From: an uncultured Desulfatitalea sp.
GTDB taxonomy: Bacteria; Desulfobacterota; Desulfobacteria; Desulfobacterales; Desulfosarcinaceae
Assembly: GCA_963668675.2 (NCBI GenBank)
Contig: CAXXMB010000002.1
Span: forward strand, 3,072,001-3,136,000
DNA: 64,000 nucleotides
Reading direction: 5' to 3'
The position numbers and the translations under genes were made by a program. How positions within the stretch are numbered: the stretch's first letter is position 1; the number at the start of each line of letters is the position of its first letter. Positions 60,634 through 64,000 of the stretch are shown piece after piece. A model generated the notes under the pieces. It had not been told where the DNA came from. It saw only the letters and a list, made by a program, of their open reading frames with translations, and made no database searches.

Positions 60634-62487
60634 CTAAAAAGCGGGAAGGTCGCCAAACCCGCGAAAGATCCAATATCCCATTGTTAGCGCCAGGAGGAGG
60701 AGGTTGGCGACTGCCCACATGATGATGCCGACGCGAAGATAGTCTTTGGGCTCGAGGTATCCGCTGGCATAAACGATGGCGTTGGGTGGCGTTCCGATGA
60801 TCATGCAATAGGCGAATGAAGATGCGGCTGCCGTGCTCATGGCGATGAACGGGAGGAAAGTGGTGCCCGGGTGTACCAGTCCGGCCATATTGAGCGAAAT
60901 GGGCCCCACGGCCGCAGCGGCCGGGCCGTCAGCCATCAAGTTTGTGAGTACGGAGGTGAGGGCGTTGTTGATGACCATGAGCGGGGCGCCTGCCTCCATC
61001 CCCAAATGGGATAATGCGTCAATGCAGGAGCGTGCCATCCAATAGGCGGCGCCGGTGCTGTCGAGGGTGCGTCCGAAAATGATGGCGCCGGCGTATAGCC
61101 AGACCACGCCCCAATCCACTTTTTGATGGTAGTCTCGCCAGTTCACGACACCGGCCAGGAGATAGGCCACCGCACCGGCAATGGCGATAACGCCGATACC
61201 GAGGCGGATAGGAATTATGCCGAGATCGTAGAAGACCTTTTCGGTGAACCAGCCGAACACCATGACCAGGAAGATGATCACCGAAACGATCTGCTGCTTG
61301 TTCCAGCCACCCATTTTGTCGATCTCGCGTCTGAGCTGATCCATGGCCGGCGCCAGGGAGTGGATACGCGGTTTGAAGCGCCGGGTGGTGACAAACCAGG
61401 TGATGGGGATCATGCAGATCACGAAGGGCATGGCGTAGCTGACCCACTGGAAATAGCCGATGTCGAATCCGAACATGTCGTTGAGATAGGTCATCATGAT
61501 GACATTCCGCGCGCCGCCGGACGGCGCACCGAAACCGCCGATGTTGCACGCCATGGCGATGCTGATCATCAGCATCTTGGCCAACTCCATGTCTTCGGGA
61601 ATCTCATCCGTCAGGCTGTTCTGGTAGAGCAGGATGCCGATGGGCAGAAACATGGCGGCCAACGCATGGTCGGAGATGAACGCTGCCAGGGGGGCGATGA
61701 TGATGAAGAAGATCAAGGTGATCCAGCGCACATTGGGTACGGCCAACCTCTTGAAAATTGCCATGCAGACGCGCTTGTCAACGCCGGTTTTGACAAAGGC
61801 GGCGGCGAACATGAGGCTGCCCATGATGAACCAGACCGCGTCGTCCCAATAGAGCATGGCCACCTCTTTTCGCCCGACCACGCCGGTAAATACCAGTATC
61901 AACCCGATACAGAAAGCGACACCCGGCAGGGGAATGCATTCGGTAAGAAAGCAAAAAACCACGAACACAACCATGGCGATGGCGACCTTGATATGCCAGG
62001 CGCCCTTTTCGGCGGCCCGTTTGTCATTGCCGTCAAGTTGCTTGTAGTCGAGTTTGTCTTTTCTCAGATCCAGGGCCTGTCCCATTACCGAACTGAATTG
62101 TTCGTCGCTGACATTGGATTCGATATACGCTTTTGCTTTTTCCAAATTTGATGCATCTGCCTGTATATTGTATTTGTGGCACCATTTGTCGTTGCGCTTG
62201 AGAAAGCGTCCTTTGCTCATGGCACCCATCTGCATGTTCTGCTCCATGATCTGCGCAGTGAGTCGCTGCCATTGCTGCGCATCCTCAGGTGTGGTGTTGA
62301 ACAGCGTCCGGGTGATATGCGCCACCACCACCTTGGGTCCCACATTGTATTCGGCTCCCACATCTCTCATACCCGAAAGGGTGGGAAGAGAAAGTATCAC
62401 AAAGAACAGAATCACCGGGATGGAAAAGAGTTTCCAATCCACATATTTGTCGTAACCGGTCGGCTTTGCTTTTTTAACCGCTGCCAT
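60634..62487 (-). CDS. DASS/SLC13 family anion symporter
   Basis: NIGGFGAPSGGARN, VDWG, GTPPNAIVY. Confidence 0.9.
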   Translation of the reverse strand: MAAVKKAKPTGYDKYVDWKLFSIPVILFFVILSLPTLSGMRDVGAEYNVGPKVVVAHITRTLFNTTPEDAQQWQRLTAQIMEQNMQMGAMSKGRFLKRNDKWCHKYNIQADASNLEKAKAYIESNVSDEQFSSVMGQALDLRKDKLDYKQLDGNDKRAAEKGAWHIKVAIAMVVFVVFCFLTECIPLPGVAFCIGLILVFTGVVGRKEVAMLYWDDAVWFIMGSLMFAAAFVKTGVDKRVCMAIFKRLAVPNVRWITLIFFIIIAPLAAFISDHALAAMFLPIGILLYQNSLTDEIPEDMELAKMLMISIAMACNIGGFGAPSGGARNVIMMTYLNDMFGFDIGYFQWVSYAMPFVICMIPITWFVTTRRFKPRIHSLAPAMDQLRREIDKMGGWNKQQIVSVIIFLVMVFGWFTEKVFYDLGIIPIRLGIGVIAIAGAVAYLLAGVVNWRDYHQKVDWGVVWLYAGAIIFGRTLDSTGAAYWMARSCIDALSHLGMEAGAPLMVINNALTSVLTNLMADGPAAAAVGPISLNMAGLVHPGTTFLPFIAMSTAAASSFAYCMIIGTPPNAIVYASGYLEPKDYLRVGIIMWAVANLLLLALTMGYWIFRGFGDLPAF

Positions 62488-62529
62488 AGTGGTTTTCCTC
62501 CTGGTTTGGACTGTTTCGCCCGCGTTGTG

Positions 62530-63438
62530 CTAAACAATGATGTTGGCAATTTCGAAGAAGATTTCCTGTTCGCGCACCACACCAATAATCTTCTGGTGAT
62601 CGGTTACGATCAGCCGCCGAATGTTAGAGGTGAACATGATATTGGCCACCTCCATCAGGTTGAGGCCCTGATCGATGCAAAGCGGAGTGTCGGACATGAT
62701 CTCTTCCACCTTTTTATTGGCCAGTTGCTTTGCCTGGGTCGTAAACAGCCCCTCCCAGAACATGGCCGAATACTGCATGCTGTCGGCCGTGGAGGGTTTG
62801 GCCGCCGACAGATACTTGGGACGCAGCGCCCGGATGAGATCGGTGATGCAGACGATGCCGACCAGGGTCTCATCCTGGTCGTAGACCAGCAGTGAGCGAT
62901 GGCCGGTCTCCATGATGCGTCCGCTGGAGACAAATTTGTTGAAAGAGTCCATCAGGGTGGTGATGGCTTTGTGGACGGTATCGTCGGCCGATACTTTGGA
63001 GTAGTCGTCGACATGGATCATGATGTCGCGAATGGTCTTCTCCCGTCGCCGCCCGCTGGCACCTGACGCAAGGTCCATATAGGCTGCGGTGATTTTGGCG
63101 GTGAGGATATCGATATCGCACGGTTTGCTCAGGTAGTCATAGGCCTGCTGGGTCAGGGCTGCGCGGGCCGAGTTGGCCGAGCCGTGTCCGGTGAGCATGA
63201 TCACCTGCGTGTCGGGAAAGCGACTTTTGATTTTAGACAGCACCTGGTGGCCGTCGAGCCCCGGCATTTTGATGTCCAGCACCACCACGTCCTGCGGTTT
63301 GGTGTCCAGAATCCGGATCGCCTCCTCGCCGTCGCCGGCAATGGTGGTCTCAAAACCTCGATTGGAAAGTAGTCTGGCGGTGGTTTCCCGGAAGCGCTCT
63401 TCATCATCCACCATCAGTACGCGAATTTTCTCTGCCAT
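62530..63438 (-). CDS. Response regulator with CBS domains
   Basis: REC domain (VDDE, LDIKMP, LTGH, KP) plus C-terminal CBS pair. Confidence 0.88.
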   Translation of the reverse strand: MAEKIRVLMVDDEERFRETTARLLSNRGFETTIAGDGEEAIRILDTKPQDVVVLDIKMPGLDGHQVLSKIKSRFPDTQVIMLTGHGSANSARAALTQQAYDYLSKPCDIDILTAKITAAYMDLASGASGRRREKTIRDIMIHVDDYSKVSADDTVHKAITTLMDSFNKFVSSGRIMETGHRSLLVYDQDETLVGIVCITDLIRALRPKYLSAAKPSTADSMQYSAMFWEGLFTTQAKQLANKKVEEIMSDTPLCIDQGLNLMEVANIMFTSNIRRLIVTDHQKIIGVVREQEIFFEIANIIV

Positions 63439-63455
63439 GTCATCCGTTCTCCTTC

Positions 63456-63911
63456 TTAAAGTGATTCTTCTTTGGAAAAGACCTCCATGGGGTGGCTGAT
63501 GATCCGATCGAACTTGGCTTTCTGGATTTTTTCCAGCATGGACGCCCGCTTGTCATAGGCCTCCATGATCTTCTGCTTCAGGACCGGAATATCACAGGGC
63601 TTGGTGAGGTAGTCGAAGGCCCCCAGTTTGAGGCCGTCGATGGCGCTCTCCATGGTGGCGTGTCCGGTGAGCATGAGAACTTCCACCAGGGGGTGGTCGG
63701 ATTTGATCCGGCGAAGTACTTCGATGCCGTCCATGCCGGGCATTTTGACGTCCAGTACGACGACATCGACGCGTTTTTTTTGCAGCGCTTCGAGGCCTTT
63801 TAGGCCGTCAACGGCTGTCAGCACATGATATCCCTCCTTCTCCAGCAGCGACTGGGTGGTTTTCAAGAAGCGCTGTTCGTCATCGATGATCAATACATGG
63901 GTGATCGCCAT
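63456..63911 (-). CDS. Single-domain response regulator
   Basis: IDDE, LDVKMPGMDG, LTGH, KP. Confidence 0.9.
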   Translation of the reverse strand: MAITHVLIIDDEQRFLKTTQSLLEKEGYHVLTAVDGLKGLEALQKKRVDVVVLDVKMPGMDGIEVLRRIKSDHPLVEVLMLTGHATMESAIDGLKLGAFDYLTKPCDIPVLKQKIMEAYDKRASMLEKIQKAKFDRIISHPMEVFSKEESL

Positions 63912-63922
63912 AGTCTTCCTCC

Positions 63923-64000
63923 TTAGGAACCATCCTGTTGATGGATCGGGTTACATCGTTGCTTGTTGATCTCTTTGTCGATGGGCAGGCGGATGTGGAA
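63923..64000 (-). CDS. C-terminus of a probable histidine kinase (truncated by window)
   Basis: FHIRLP... then TAA, upstream of two response regulators. Confidence 0.55.
   Translation of the reverse strand, partial: FHIRLPIDKEINKQRCNPIHQQDGS

Noticed and set aside
1..64000. CRISPR array, tRNA or rRNA genes
   Set aside because: No regularly spaced repeats or recognisable tRNA/rRNA sequences seen by eye

Overview
GC-rich window whose gene content and repeats suggest a deltaproteobacterium (Desulfobacterales-like; inference). Most of it is ordinary housekeeping or accessory content: asnB, a histidine kinase, a Wzx-like flippase, an acyl-CoA ligase, surE, an ADP-forming acyl-CoA synthetase, azlCD, a MoxR/Bat operon, hsp20-lon, rlpA-gmhB-recD2, nadB, an OmpA-family lipoprotein and an SLC13/two-component locus. 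A lower-GC island at about 8.8-25.2 kb holds most of the interesting features. (i) A ~2600-aa teneurin-like RHS protein with a glycine-zipper tip and a membrane immunity gene; its signal peptide is frameshifted at a T6 tract. (ii) A probable orphan tip/immunity pair. (iii) An intact DDE insertion sequence with a 7-bp target duplication. (iv) An unusual 3.3-kb TG...CA element with 53-bp imperfect inverted ends; it carries two different DDE integrase-core ORFs, two small HTH ORFs (one nested, one ending in an A9 slippage site) and a ~340-nt hairpin-rich non-coding tail. The ORF track also missed a small glutaredoxin-like selenoprotein gene at 6118-6333 with two in-frame TGA codons and a SECIS-like hairpin.
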